From the NCBI GenBank assembly GCA_963843575.1, contig CAWJKZ010000025.1:128001-192000 (forward strand): 64,000 nucleotides of DNA, in the 5' to 3' direction. The DNA is from an uncultured Acidobacteriota bacterium (GTDB lineage Bacteria > Acidobacteriota > UBA6911). Positions 9,654 to 18,058 of the stretch are shown piece by piece. The notes below the pieces were generated by a model that saw only the letters and a list, made by a program, of their open reading frames with translations, did no database searches and had not been told where the DNA came from. The translations under genes and the position numbers were made by a program. Each line of letters begins with the position of its first letter. The first letter of the stretch is position 1.

Positions 9654-10289
9654 CTACACGCCGGCCAGTTTACGGGCGATGCTCACCGCGCCATTGGCGT
9701 TATCGCTGAAGCCGTCCGCGCCAATCTGATCGGCGTACTGCTGGGTAACGGGCGCGCCGCCGATGATCACCTTGACCCTGTCGCGCACCCCGGCCCGGAC
9801 GATTTCATCGATGGTCGTCTTCATGTTGGGCATCGTCGTCGTCAACAGCGCCGAGAGCGCCACGACATTGGCCTTCCTGGACTGGATTTCGGACACGAAC
9901 TTCTGAGGAGAGACGTCGACCCCGAGATCGATCACGTCGAAGCCGGCACCTTCGAGCATGGACGCCACCAGGTTCTTACCGATGTCGTGCAGGTCCCCCT
10001 TGACGGTCCCGATGAGAACGCGCCCGGCGGGCTCCCGCCCCTTCTCCGCCAGCAGTGGACGCACCAATTCGAGGGCACTCTTCATCGCGCGGGCCGAAAG
10101 CAGGAGTTCCGGGACGAAGTACTCCTGGCATTCGAAACGCCTCCCCACCTCGTCCATTGCTGGAATCATATGAAGGGTCACGAGATCGCCCGGGTCGGTT
10201 CCTTCCGCGAGAGCTGCGCGCGTCACCGCTACGGAGGCTTTGGCGTCACCGTTGAGAATCGCTTCCTGCAAGAGCTTCATATCGGGCAT
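9654..10289 (-). CDS. Corrinoid (cobalamin-binding) protein, MtaC/MtbC-like
   Basis: Cap domain (EYFVPELL) plus the DxHxxG motif GDLHDIGKNLV, SALLTTT, IIGGAPV; AAGGAG RBS. Confidence 0.95.
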   Translation of the reverse strand: MPDMKLLQEAILNGDAKASVAVTRAALAEGTDPGDLVTLHMIPAMDEVGRRFECQEYFVPELLLSARAMKSALELVRPLLAEKGREPAGRVLIGTVKGDLHDIGKNLVASMLEGAGFDVIDLGVDVSPQKFVSEIQSRKANVVALSALLTTTMPNMKTTIDEIVRAGVRDRVKVIIGGAPVTQQYADQIGADGFSDNANGAVSIARKLAGV

Positions 10290-10351
10290 TAGTCTCTCTC
10301 CTTAGTCACCTTGGTCCGGATACCCACGTCCGGGTACTGCCGGCAGCCAAC

Positions 10352-10380
10352 AATCTGCTACGGTTGCCCCATGGTGTCAA
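10352..10380 (-). promoter_or_regulatory. Putative sigma70 promoter of the corrinoid operon
   Basis: Minus strand TTGACA, 17-bp spacer, CAGATT, about 60 bp upstream of the corrinoid gene ATG. The -10 box is weak. Confidence 0.3.
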
Positions 10381-10509
10381 AGAAAAACAGGCACCCGGGC
10401 GCTCCAGCATAGCCGCGCACGCGCGAAAAAGTGCGTCATTCGACGCGGCGGGAGTCAATTTCGCTTTGTTTCGCTTGCGCAGGAACGACCGATGCCGTAT
10501 CTCTGGCTC

Positions 10510-10628
10510 GTTGGCAACAGGGCCGATTCACCCCGGCCATCAGGGGAAATGGCCGGGGTGTTACGGGGGCGGCAGTCCGAGCTGGGTGGGGGGATAGACC
10601 CGGTTCGGGCTGCCGCCTTTCCTGTTTC
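10510..10628 (+). ncRNA. Candidate two-hairpin small RNA ending in a terminator-like stem
   Basis: 12-bp perfect stem 10529-10560 (loop CAGGGGAA), then a 20-bp stem 10568-10617 (loop GGGGGGATAG) with three G-U pairs that only form on the + strand, followed by TTTCCTGTTT. Both flanking genes are on the minus strand. Confidence 0.4.
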
Positions 10629-10638
10629 TGCCGCGGCT

Positions 10639-10667
10639 GAAGTGGGCCGCGGCGGCTCGACGCGGCC
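10639..10667. repeat. REP-like palindrome (GTGG-GCCGCG...CGCGGC type)
   Basis: GAAGTGGGCCGCGGCGGCTCGACGCGGCC; related copies at 13092-13119, 48846-48878 and a partial copy at 18003-18018. Confidence 0.55.
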
Positions 10668-10692
10668 TGCGGATTTCGCCCCATCCGGCCGC

Positions 10693-11901
10693 TCACTCGG
10701 GCCGGATCGGACCGCCCCCTCCCGCCATCAGCTCCAGGTTGCGCGCAATCAGGCCGTAGCGCTGTCTTACGCAGGCATAAGATCTTAGCGGGTCGGGCGG
10801 GGTCGACGAGACGTAATCGAGCAGTCTTTCGACCGTGCTGCCGGCGACGTGCATGCGGGTGTCGGCGGATCCATAGTAGACGAAGACGGTGCCGTCGGAC
10901 CGCGCCACCCAGCCGTTGCTGAAGGCTACGTTTGAGACGTCGCCGATGCGTTCCTCGCCATCAGGGGCCAAAAAATACCCTCCCGGCGCATGCGTGACGA
11001 CCTCGGGACGGTCCAGCTGCGAGAGAAACATGTACAGCACATAGCGCAGACCGGCTGCCGTATTGCGCACGCCGTGCGCCAGGTGGAGCCAGCCCTTGTG
11101 AGTACGGATCGGGGCGGGGCCCAAGCCGTTCTTCACCTCTTTGATCGTGTGGTACTCGCGGTTGTCGAAAACGGTTTCCTTGTCAATGACGGCGTGTTCG
11201 ATTGAGTCGGACAAGCCCCAGGCGATGCCGCCCCCCTTGCCGGCCTGGATGAACTCGTCCTGGGGGCGGGTATAGAAGGCGTACTTCCCCCGGACAAATT
11301 CGGGGTGCAGGACGACGTTGCGCTGCTGCGGGGAGCTGGTTTTCAGATCGTCCAGGCGCTCCCAACGGTCCAGGTCCCGTGTGCGCGCGATGCCGCACTG
11401 TGCCACGGCGGACGATGTGTCCCAGGCCGGCGCTTCCGGGTCCTTCCGCTCGGTGCAGAACAGCCCGTAAATCCATCCGTCTTCGTGGCGCACGAGGCGC
11501 ATGTCGTAAACGTTGACGTCCGGATCCGCCGTCTCCGGCATCAGGATGGGGTAGTCCCGGAACCGGAAACCATCGACGCCCGTGGTGCTCTCGGCCACCG
11601 CGAAGAATGATTTTCGATCGGCGCCTTCGACACGGGCGAGCAGGCATATGCTCCCGCCCAATTCGATCGCGCCTGAATTGAAGACGGAGTTGACCGGCAT
11701 CCTCTCGAGCAGCCAGAGATTGGTCCGGAAATCCAGATCGTAGCGCCAGGACACGGGGATGTGCGCCGCGGTCAGGACGGGATTGGCGTACCGTTCGAAT
11801 ATGCCGTTGCCGTGAGGCAGCACGGTGTTTCGCCTGGCCAGGAGTTCCTCGTGCCGCTGCAAGAGCCGCTGAAGCCTGTCCCTGAACTCGGTTTCGGTCA
11901 T
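10693..11901 (-). CDS. 4-O-beta-D-mannosyl-D-glucose phosphorylase (GH130)
   Basis: FNSGAI, RVEGADRKSFFAVAES, NVYDMRL, QQRNVVLHP, YTRPQD, YHTIKEVKNG, LAHGVRNTAAGLRY, GDVSNVAFSNG. Confidence 0.9.
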   Translation of the reverse strand: MTETEFRDRLQRLLQRHEELLARRNTVLPHGNGIFERYANPVLTAAHIPVSWRYDLDFRTNLWLLERMPVNSVFNSGAIELGGSICLLARVEGADRKSFFAVAESTTGVDGFRFRDYPILMPETADPDVNVYDMRLVRHEDGWIYGLFCTERKDPEAPAWDTSSAVAQCGIARTRDLDRWERLDDLKTSSPQQRNVVLHPEFVRGKYAFYTRPQDEFIQAGKGGGIAWGLSDSIEHAVIDKETVFDNREYHTIKEVKNGLGPAPIRTHKGWLHLAHGVRNTAAGLRYVLYMFLSQLDRPEVVTHAPGGYFLAPDGEERIGDVSNVAFSNGWVARSDGTVFVYYGSADTRMHVAGSTVERLLDYVSSTPPDPLRSYACVRQRYGLIARNLELMAGGGGPIRPE

Positions 11902-11953
11902 GGTGGCCCCACGCCCCCAATTGAGTGATTTCCGGCCGGTCGCGCCCGTACCT

Positions 11954-12994
11954 TCATTCCTTCCAGTCGGCGACGAAGATATTCGTTTCCCCTTCGCGCG
12001 CGCCGTGCCGGTTGGAGGCGAAGACCAGCTTGTCGCCTGCCTTGTTGAACATCGGGAATCCGTCGAAGGTGTCGTTGAATGTCACCTGCCGGAGCCCGGA
12101 GCCGTCGCTGTTGACGAGGAAAAGGTCGAAGTTGCGGCCGCGCGGGTCATTCATGTTCGAGGCGAAAATGATCCGGCGACCGTCGGGGTGCCAGAACGGG
12201 GCAAAATTAGCCTTGCCGTTGTCGGTGATAGTCCTCTTGCCGGAACCGTCGGCCGCCATAATCATGATCTCGAGGGTCCTTGGCTCGATCAGCCCGTCCG
12301 CGAGCAGCTGCTCGTACCGTTCCACCTCCTTCGGCTCCTTCGGATGATGGGCGCGATAGACAATCCAGCGGCTGTCGGCCGAGTAGAACGGCCCTCCGTC
12401 ATACCCCTTCTCATGGGTGAGGCGGGTGACGCCGGAACCGTCGAGGTTCATCGAATAGATGTCGAGGTCTCCGTCGCGCACCGACGTGAACACGATTTTC
12501 TTCCCGTCCGGGGAAACGGTGGCCTCCGCGTCGTATCCAGGCGTCTGCGTCAAGGGGCGCAGGTCGCTCCCGTCGGCCCGGGCGGTGTAGATGTCGTAAT
12601 CTTTGTAGAGCGCCCAGACGTAGCCGCGGCTCATGTCCGCTTTGGGCGGACACTCGGGGGAACCGGCATGCGTCGAGGAAAACAGGACGCCGCTGTCCCC
12701 GGGCAGGAAATAGGCGCAGGTAGTACGCCCCTTCCCGGTGCTGACGAGACGCGCATCGCCCCCCGCGACGTTCATCCTGAAAATCTGGTCGCATCGGTAG
12801 GGCGGACGGGTCGATTGAAAGATAAGCTGCTTGCCGTCGAATGAAAAATAGGCTTCGGCATTCTCACCGCCGGCTGTGAGTTGGCGGAGGCCGGCAAAGT
12901 GCACTTCGTGGGGCAGCGGGATCACGGCCGCCTGAGGGGATGTCCCGAGGGCCCAGGCGAACAGGGCGACCGATCCTGCGACGACGAACTTCAT
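11954..12994 (-). CDS. Secreted TolB-like / PD40 beta-propeller protein
   Basis: Signal peptide MKFVVAG...; repeats GENAEAYFS.DG, GYDAEATVSPDG, GYDGGPFYS.D, ANFAPFWHPDG, FDGFPMF. Confidence 0.88.
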   Translation of the reverse strand: MKFVVAGSVALFAWALGTSPQAAVIPLPHEVHFAGLRQLTAGGENAEAYFSFDGKQLIFQSTRPPYRCDQIFRMNVAGGDARLVSTGKGRTTCAYFLPGDSGVLFSSTHAGSPECPPKADMSRGYVWALYKDYDIYTARADGSDLRPLTQTPGYDAEATVSPDGKKIVFTSVRDGDLDIYSMNLDGSGVTRLTHEKGYDGGPFYSADSRWIVYRAHHPKEPKEVERYEQLLADGLIEPRTLEIMIMAADGSGKRTITDNGKANFAPFWHPDGRRIIFASNMNDPRGRNFDLFLVNSDGSGLRQVTFNDTFDGFPMFNKAGDKLVFASNRHGAREGETNIFVADWKE

Positions 12995-13091
12995 GCGACC
13001 TCCTGGATCTGCGATGGCGGTTTTGACCTGTCTCCCGGCAACTGAAAAGCTATCGGTGCGCGGGGCCCTGCGCAAGGGGAATCGTGCGGGC

Positions 13092-13182
13092 GAAGTGGGC
13101 CGCGTCGGCCCGACGCGGCAGCCCGGGGTTACAGGGTAGCATCCCGCGAATCCGGCATGGCGCCGAGGCGCCGCACTCCACA
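13092..13182. repeat. Pair of REP-like palindromes
   Basis: GAAGTGGGCCGCGTCGGCCCGACGCGGC (13092-13119) and TGGCGCCGAGGCGCCGCACTCCACA (13158-13182). The second matches 31600-31630. Confidence 0.55.
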
Positions 13183-14798
13183 CTATACTTGCAGGACGCC
13201 GGTTTGGAACGGCTGTACGTCGGGATTGTGGGAGGCTGCGTCCAGGGCAAGAATGAGCGCGTCGCGGGTCTGGGTCGGCGAGATGATCTTGTCGAGCCAC
13301 AACCGTGCCGCGGCATAGCGCGGATCGAGGGCAGCATCGTACTGCGCGGCGATACTCCGGAAGATCTCTTCCCGTTGCTCGGGGGAGAGTTCCCGCCCCC
13401 TGGTTTCCTCCTGCCGAAGCCTGATGTCGGCGAGGGTCCTGGCCGCGGAGGCTCCGGCCATCACGGCATAGCGGGCAGTGGGCCAGGCAAACACGAAGCG
13501 CGGGTCATAGGCCTTGCCGCACAGCGCGTAGTGCCCCGCGCCGTAGCTCCCGCCCATGATGACGGTCACTTTGGGGACCACACTGTTGGCCACGACGTTG
13601 ACCATCTTGGCGCCGGACTTGATGATGCCGGAGACCTCGGCGTCCCTGCCGACCATGAAGCCGTTCACGTCGTGCAGGAATACAAGCGGCACGAGGTTCT
13701 GGTTGCAGTCCATGACGAAGCGGGCCGCCTTGTCAGCGGAGTCGGTGTAAATGACGCCACCAACCTCGATGGGCCTTCCGGGCGTGCGCGTGTGCGTTCT
13801 CTGGTTGGCGACTATGCCTACGGCCCAGCCCCCGATGCGGGCGTAACCACACACCAGGGTCCGGCCGAACTCGGCCTTGTATTCCGTGAACTCGCCGGCG
13901 TCGACGATGCGGGTGACGATGTCACGCACGTCGTACTCGCGCGAGGCATCCAGCGGCATCAAGTCGTACAGCTCTTCGGAGGGGCGAACCGGCGGGCGGG
14001 GCGCGGCGCGGTCGAAGGGGGGCGAGGGCGTGAACCCATCATGCCGGCGATCTCCCGGAGACGCCGGAGACAGGACCGATCGTCGGGCTCCCGAAAGTCG
14101 ATGGTGCCGCTCAGCGCCGCGTGCAGCGAGGCGCCGCCCAGCTCCTCGCTGCTCAGGTCTTGCCCTATGGCGGCTTTGACGAGCGAGGGCCCCGCGATGT
14201 AGAGGCCGCTCCCCTCGGTCATGAGGATCTTGTCGGACATGACCGGCAGGTAGGCGCCGCCGGCGACGCAGTTGCCCATGATTGCCGCGACCTGCGACAC
14301 GCCCATGGCCGACAGGCGTGCATTGTTTCGGAAGATGCGGCCGAAGTCGTCCTCGTCGGGGAATATCTCGTCCTGCAGCGGCAGAAACACCCCGGCGGAG
14401 TCGACGAGGTAGATCAGGGGCAGGCGGTTGTCCAGGGAGATGCGCTGCGCGCGCAGGACCTTTTTGACGGTCATGGGGAAGAAGGCCCCGGCCTTCACAG
14501 TGGCGTCGTTCGCCACGATCATGAACAGCCGTCCCTCGACGCGGCCGATGCCGGTGACCACGCCGGCGGCAGGGGCGCCCCCCCACTCTTCATACATGCC
14601 GAGGGCAGCGAATATCCCGAGCTCGAAGAAACTACTCCCCGGATCGACGAGGGCCTGTATGCGCTCGCGTGCTGTAAGGCGGTTCTTCGCGTGCTGTCTT
14701 GCGACGTTATCGGACCCGCCTCCCTGGAAGATCGCCTCCTCGTCGAGGTCAAAGGACCGTTGCAGCTCGAGCCAGAGTTCACGGTTGCGCGGGTTCAT
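13183..14798 (-). CDS. Acyl-CoA carboxylase carboxyltransferase (beta) subunit, MccB-like; frameshifted near 14035
   Basis: N-half (RLTARERI, ANDATVKAG, VDSAG, GNCVAGGAY, EELGGA) and C-half (GIVANQ, DKAARF, DVNGFMVG, GGSYGAGHYA, YAAARLW) lie in different frames; one base appears missing in a G run. Confidence 0.88.
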
Positions 14799-14812
14799 CC
14801 GGGGCGTCCTTA

Positions 14813-15052
14813 GGGCTCGCGCAGGAATAATTTCACATTTTGCTGACGGCTCCCGAGCCAACAGATCCTACAGCAAGCAACGATAGGAGATTGCAATTAA
14901 CGGAGCCGTCAGCCCTCCGGGGCGCGGCGGCGGGCGGGCATCTGCGGCGTTGCCGCTCCCCGACGATGTTACCACATCGCCTGCGTCGCGGAGCCTGGCA
15001 TCTGCCCGCCCGGCGCTCGCGCCAAAATGTGAACTCATTCTTGCGCGAACCC
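14813..15052. mobile_element. MITE (non-autonomous IS-like element), copy 1
   Basis: Imperfect ~30-bp terminal inverted repeats GGGCTCGCGCAGGAATAATTTCACATTTTG / CAAAATGTGAACTCATTCTTGCGCGAACCC, TTA on both flanks, near-identical inverted copy at 23073-23249. Confidence 0.85.
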
Positions 15053-15104
15053 TTATCGCTTCCGATAAGAAATTGCCACATCTTGCGGGACAGTGCGAAC
15101 GATT

Positions 15105-17846
15105 TCAGAGGCGGGCCCGCGCAAGCGAAGTGCGCCCGGAGAGGCTGGCGACCACGGCGACGAGCTCCGCAGGCTCCACCGGCTTGGGGATGTGGACCTG
15201 AAATCCGGCGGTGAGCGCGCGCATCCGATCCTCCGACCGGGCATGGGCCGTCAGGGCGGCGGCCGGCACGCGGCCGCCTCGCTCGGCTTCGAGAGCGCGG
15301 AAACTGCGCATCAAGGCATAGCCGTCCTCGCCCGGCATTTCGATTTCGCTGACGAGCACGTCGAGGGCCCTCTCCCCGTTGAGGATCTCCAGCGCCTCTG
15401 ACGCAGAGCAGGCAACCATCACATGGGCGCCGCACTGCCGGAGTGCGACGGCGAGAATTTCGCGCGCGCCCTGCTCGTCCTCGACCAGGAGGACCCGGAC
15501 GCCTTCGAGCACCGGACCGATGGCGATCTCCGGGCCGCCGGCAGCCACCCGAACGCGAGGCGGCTCCTCGCCGGACGCGGACGCGGCGGCGACCAGCGGC
15601 AGCGAAACCGTGAAGGTCGCACCCTCCCCTTTCCCCGGACTCTCCACCCTGATGCTCCCGCCGTGCAGTTCCACGAGCTGGCTGACGATCGCCAGCCCTA
15701 ACCCAAGACCGCCGTGCTTGCGGGTGCTCGAGCTGTCCAGCTGGCGGAAGCGCTCGAATACGTGGGGCAGAAAATCGGGGCTGATCCCCATGCCGGTGTC
15801 GCTCACGATGATTTCCGCCGTCGCCCCGGCCTTTTCGAGGCGGACTTGCACACGGCCGTTCTTGGGAGTGAATTTGATGGCGTTCGTCAGCAGGTTCCAG
15901 ACAACCTGCTGGAGCCGGTCGGGGTCGCCCGAGATCAACCCCACGCCGGAATCGAGTACGCACCGTATCCGGATGCCCTTGCTCTCCGCGGCGAAGCTCA
16001 ACGCATCCACGGCCGCCTCGATGACCGACACGAGGTCGACCGAGCGCACGTCCAGGCGAAGCTTCCCGCTGATGATCCTGGATATGTCGAGCAAGTCCTC
16101 GATGAGCTGTGCCTGGACTCTTGCGTTCCGTTCGATGATTTCAAGCGCCCGACCTGCGTTGGCCTGGTCCAGACGACCGCTGTTGAGCATCGTGGCCCAG
16201 CCAAGGATCGAGTTCAGCGGGGTGCGCAGTTCGTGCGACACGGTGGCCAGAAACTCGTCCTTCGCACGGTTGGCCTCCTGCGCTTCCAGGAGCAGGCGCA
16301 CGTTCTCGACGGCCATCAGCCTGAACCGCTCCTCACTCTCGCGCAGGGCGTCCTCGGCCTGCTTGCGCTCGGTGATGTCGCTGCCCACCGCCAGGAAACA
16401 GGGCTCTCCGTCAAGCGTGATGCGCTCGACCGAGAGCAGAAAGACGCGCAGCTGACCGGATTTCCTGCGGAACTTCAGCTCGAGGTCGCGGGCCCGCACA
16501 TTGGAGCGGACAATCTCCGCCAGCCGGTCGTCGTCGCTGCCGTCCGCCCAGAGCCCGAATTGCCCCGGCACCCGGCCCAGAACCTCCTCCCGTTCGTAAC
16601 CGGTCGAGCGGAGGAACGCCTCGTTGACGTCCACGATCTCTCCCGTGCCCGATTTGCCAATCCACTTGGGAAGTGGGCTCGAGTTGAAGGCCTTGGAGAA
16701 ACGCTCCTCGGAGGCGCGCAGTGCATCTTCGGCTTTCTTGCGGTCTGTAACGTCCGTGCCGATGCCGATCATGCGAGACGGACGCCCTTCCGGACCCAGG
16801 AAGACCTGCCCCTTCCCCGCGAGCCATCGGGTGATCCCATCCGGCTTCATCACTCGAAACTCGACGTCGAGGGGAGATTTGTCCTTCAACGCCTCCCGGA
16901 TCGTCTCCGCGAGACGGTCACGGTCGTCGGGATGAACCACCTGCAGGTAGGATTCAAAGTTGCCGTCGAAGTGGTCGGCCGGGAAGCCCTGCAGGCTCTG
17001 GATATCTCCCGACCAGGTCAGCTTCCCCGTCGCGATGTTCCAGTCCCAAGTCCCCATCCGGCCCGCTTCCTGGGCCAGTCGCAGCCGCTCCTCGCTTTCG
17101 AAGAGCTCCTGCTCACTGCGCCTCCGCTGGCTAACGTCGCGAAAAACCAGGATGGCGCCCATAATCATCCCGCGGTCGTCGCGAATGGGCGCCGCCCCTT
17201 GATCGATCGGGACCTCCACGCCGGTGCGGGACAGGAGGATGGTGCGGCGCCCCAATCCGGCGACGCTCACGTTGTTCAGGACACAGTCTGCCGCGTTTTC
17301 GATGGGGGCGCGCGTATCCTCCTCGATGATCTTGAACACGTCGCGCACGGGGATGCCGACCGCCTCGTTGTTGCTCCAGCCCGTGAGTGTCTCGGCCACC
17401 GAGTTCAGCAACTGGACCACACCGCTGGAATTAGTCTCAATCACCGCGTCGCCGATACTCGAGATCGTCACCTCGAGCCAGCGCCGCTGGTCGCGCGCCC
17501 GGTCGGCCGCTCGGCGGGCCGAGGCGGACAGGAAACTGATCAGCCCTGCCACTGCCACGAAAAGCAGCAGCCGGACCAGACTGTCTGTCTGAAGGCCCTG
17601 GCGAGGGATCACCATCCAGACATGCCCAAGGACGGCCGCGCACCCCGCGAGAATAGCCGGACCCGTTCCCCCCAGGAACGCGCTCACCGTCACCGCGGCG
17701 ACGAGCAGGAGGAATGGAGTCCGCTCGTCGAGAACGGGCACGACGAACGTGATCCAAAGAGCCAGGGCGGTGGCGCACAGGGCGGCTGCGTATGCGCAAA
17801 CCCTGCGAAGGTTGGCAGGATCATTTCGGGATAAAACACCGGGCAT
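15105..17846 (-). CDS. Hybrid sensor histidine kinase (membrane domain, 3 PAS, HisKA, HATPase, receiver)
   Basis: N-terminal TM helices; three PAS/PAC repeats ending DVSQR, DVTDR, DITER; H-box FLATVSHELRTPL; NLLTNAIKFT, DTGMGI, GGLGLGLAI; C-terminal REC domain. Confidence 0.95.
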   Translation of the reverse strand: MPGVLSRNDPANLRRVCAYAAALCATALALWITFVVPVLDERTPFLLLVAAVTVSAFLGGTGPAILAGCAAVLGHVWMVIPRQGLQTDSLVRLLLFVAVAGLISFLSASARRAADRARDQRRWLEVTISSIGDAVIETNSSGVVQLLNSVAETLTGWSNNEAVGIPVRDVFKIIEEDTRAPIENAADCVLNNVSVAGLGRRTILLSRTGVEVPIDQGAAPIRDDRGMIMGAILVFRDVSQRRRSEQELFESEERLRLAQEAGRMGTWDWNIATGKLTWSGDIQSLQGFPADHFDGNFESYLQVVHPDDRDRLAETIREALKDKSPLDVEFRVMKPDGITRWLAGKGQVFLGPEGRPSRMIGIGTDVTDRKKAEDALRASEERFSKAFNSSPLPKWIGKSGTGEIVDVNEAFLRSTGYEREEVLGRVPGQFGLWADGSDDDRLAEIVRSNVRARDLELKFRRKSGQLRVFLLSVERITLDGEPCFLAVGSDITERKQAEDALRESEERFRLMAVENVRLLLEAQEANRAKDEFLATVSHELRTPLNSILGWATMLNSGRLDQANAGRALEIIERNARVQAQLIEDLLDISRIISGKLRLDVRSVDLVSVIEAAVDALSFAAESKGIRIRCVLDSGVGLISGDPDRLQQVVWNLLTNAIKFTPKNGRVQVRLEKAGATAEIIVSDTGMGISPDFLPHVFERFRQLDSSSTRKHGGLGLGLAIVSQLVELHGGSIRVESPGKGEGATFTVSLPLVAAASASGEEPPRVRVAAGGPEIAIGPVLEGVRVLLVEDEQGAREILAVALRQCGAHVMVACSASEALEILNGERALDVLVSEIEMPGEDGYALMRSFRALEAERGGRVPAAALTAHARSEDRMRALTAGFQVHIPKPVEPAELVAVVASLSGRTSLARARL

Positions 17847-18058
17847 CTGTACTTCCCTTTTCCGGCCGACCGTAGGGCTCCATCCTTCGGACGCGTACGA
17901 GCGCCGTCAAACGGAAGCTTTGGAGATGGTAAAGACTCGGGGGGCAGCGTGGACAATCTGAGGGAATGGTACTTCGTCCCGCACGGGACTTTCAAGTGGC
18001 CATGGGCCGCGGCGGCTCAGTCGGGCGCGGGACCCTGGTTCCCCACGCTTGTTGTTTG

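Noticed and set aside
10300-10690. Cobalamin riboswitch upstream of the corrinoid gene
   Set aside because: Fragments such as ACTGCCGCCCCCGTAAC and GAGCCAGAG occur on the minus strand, but the GCCACTG and GGGAAG elements and the expected order are missing. An Rfam scan would settle it.
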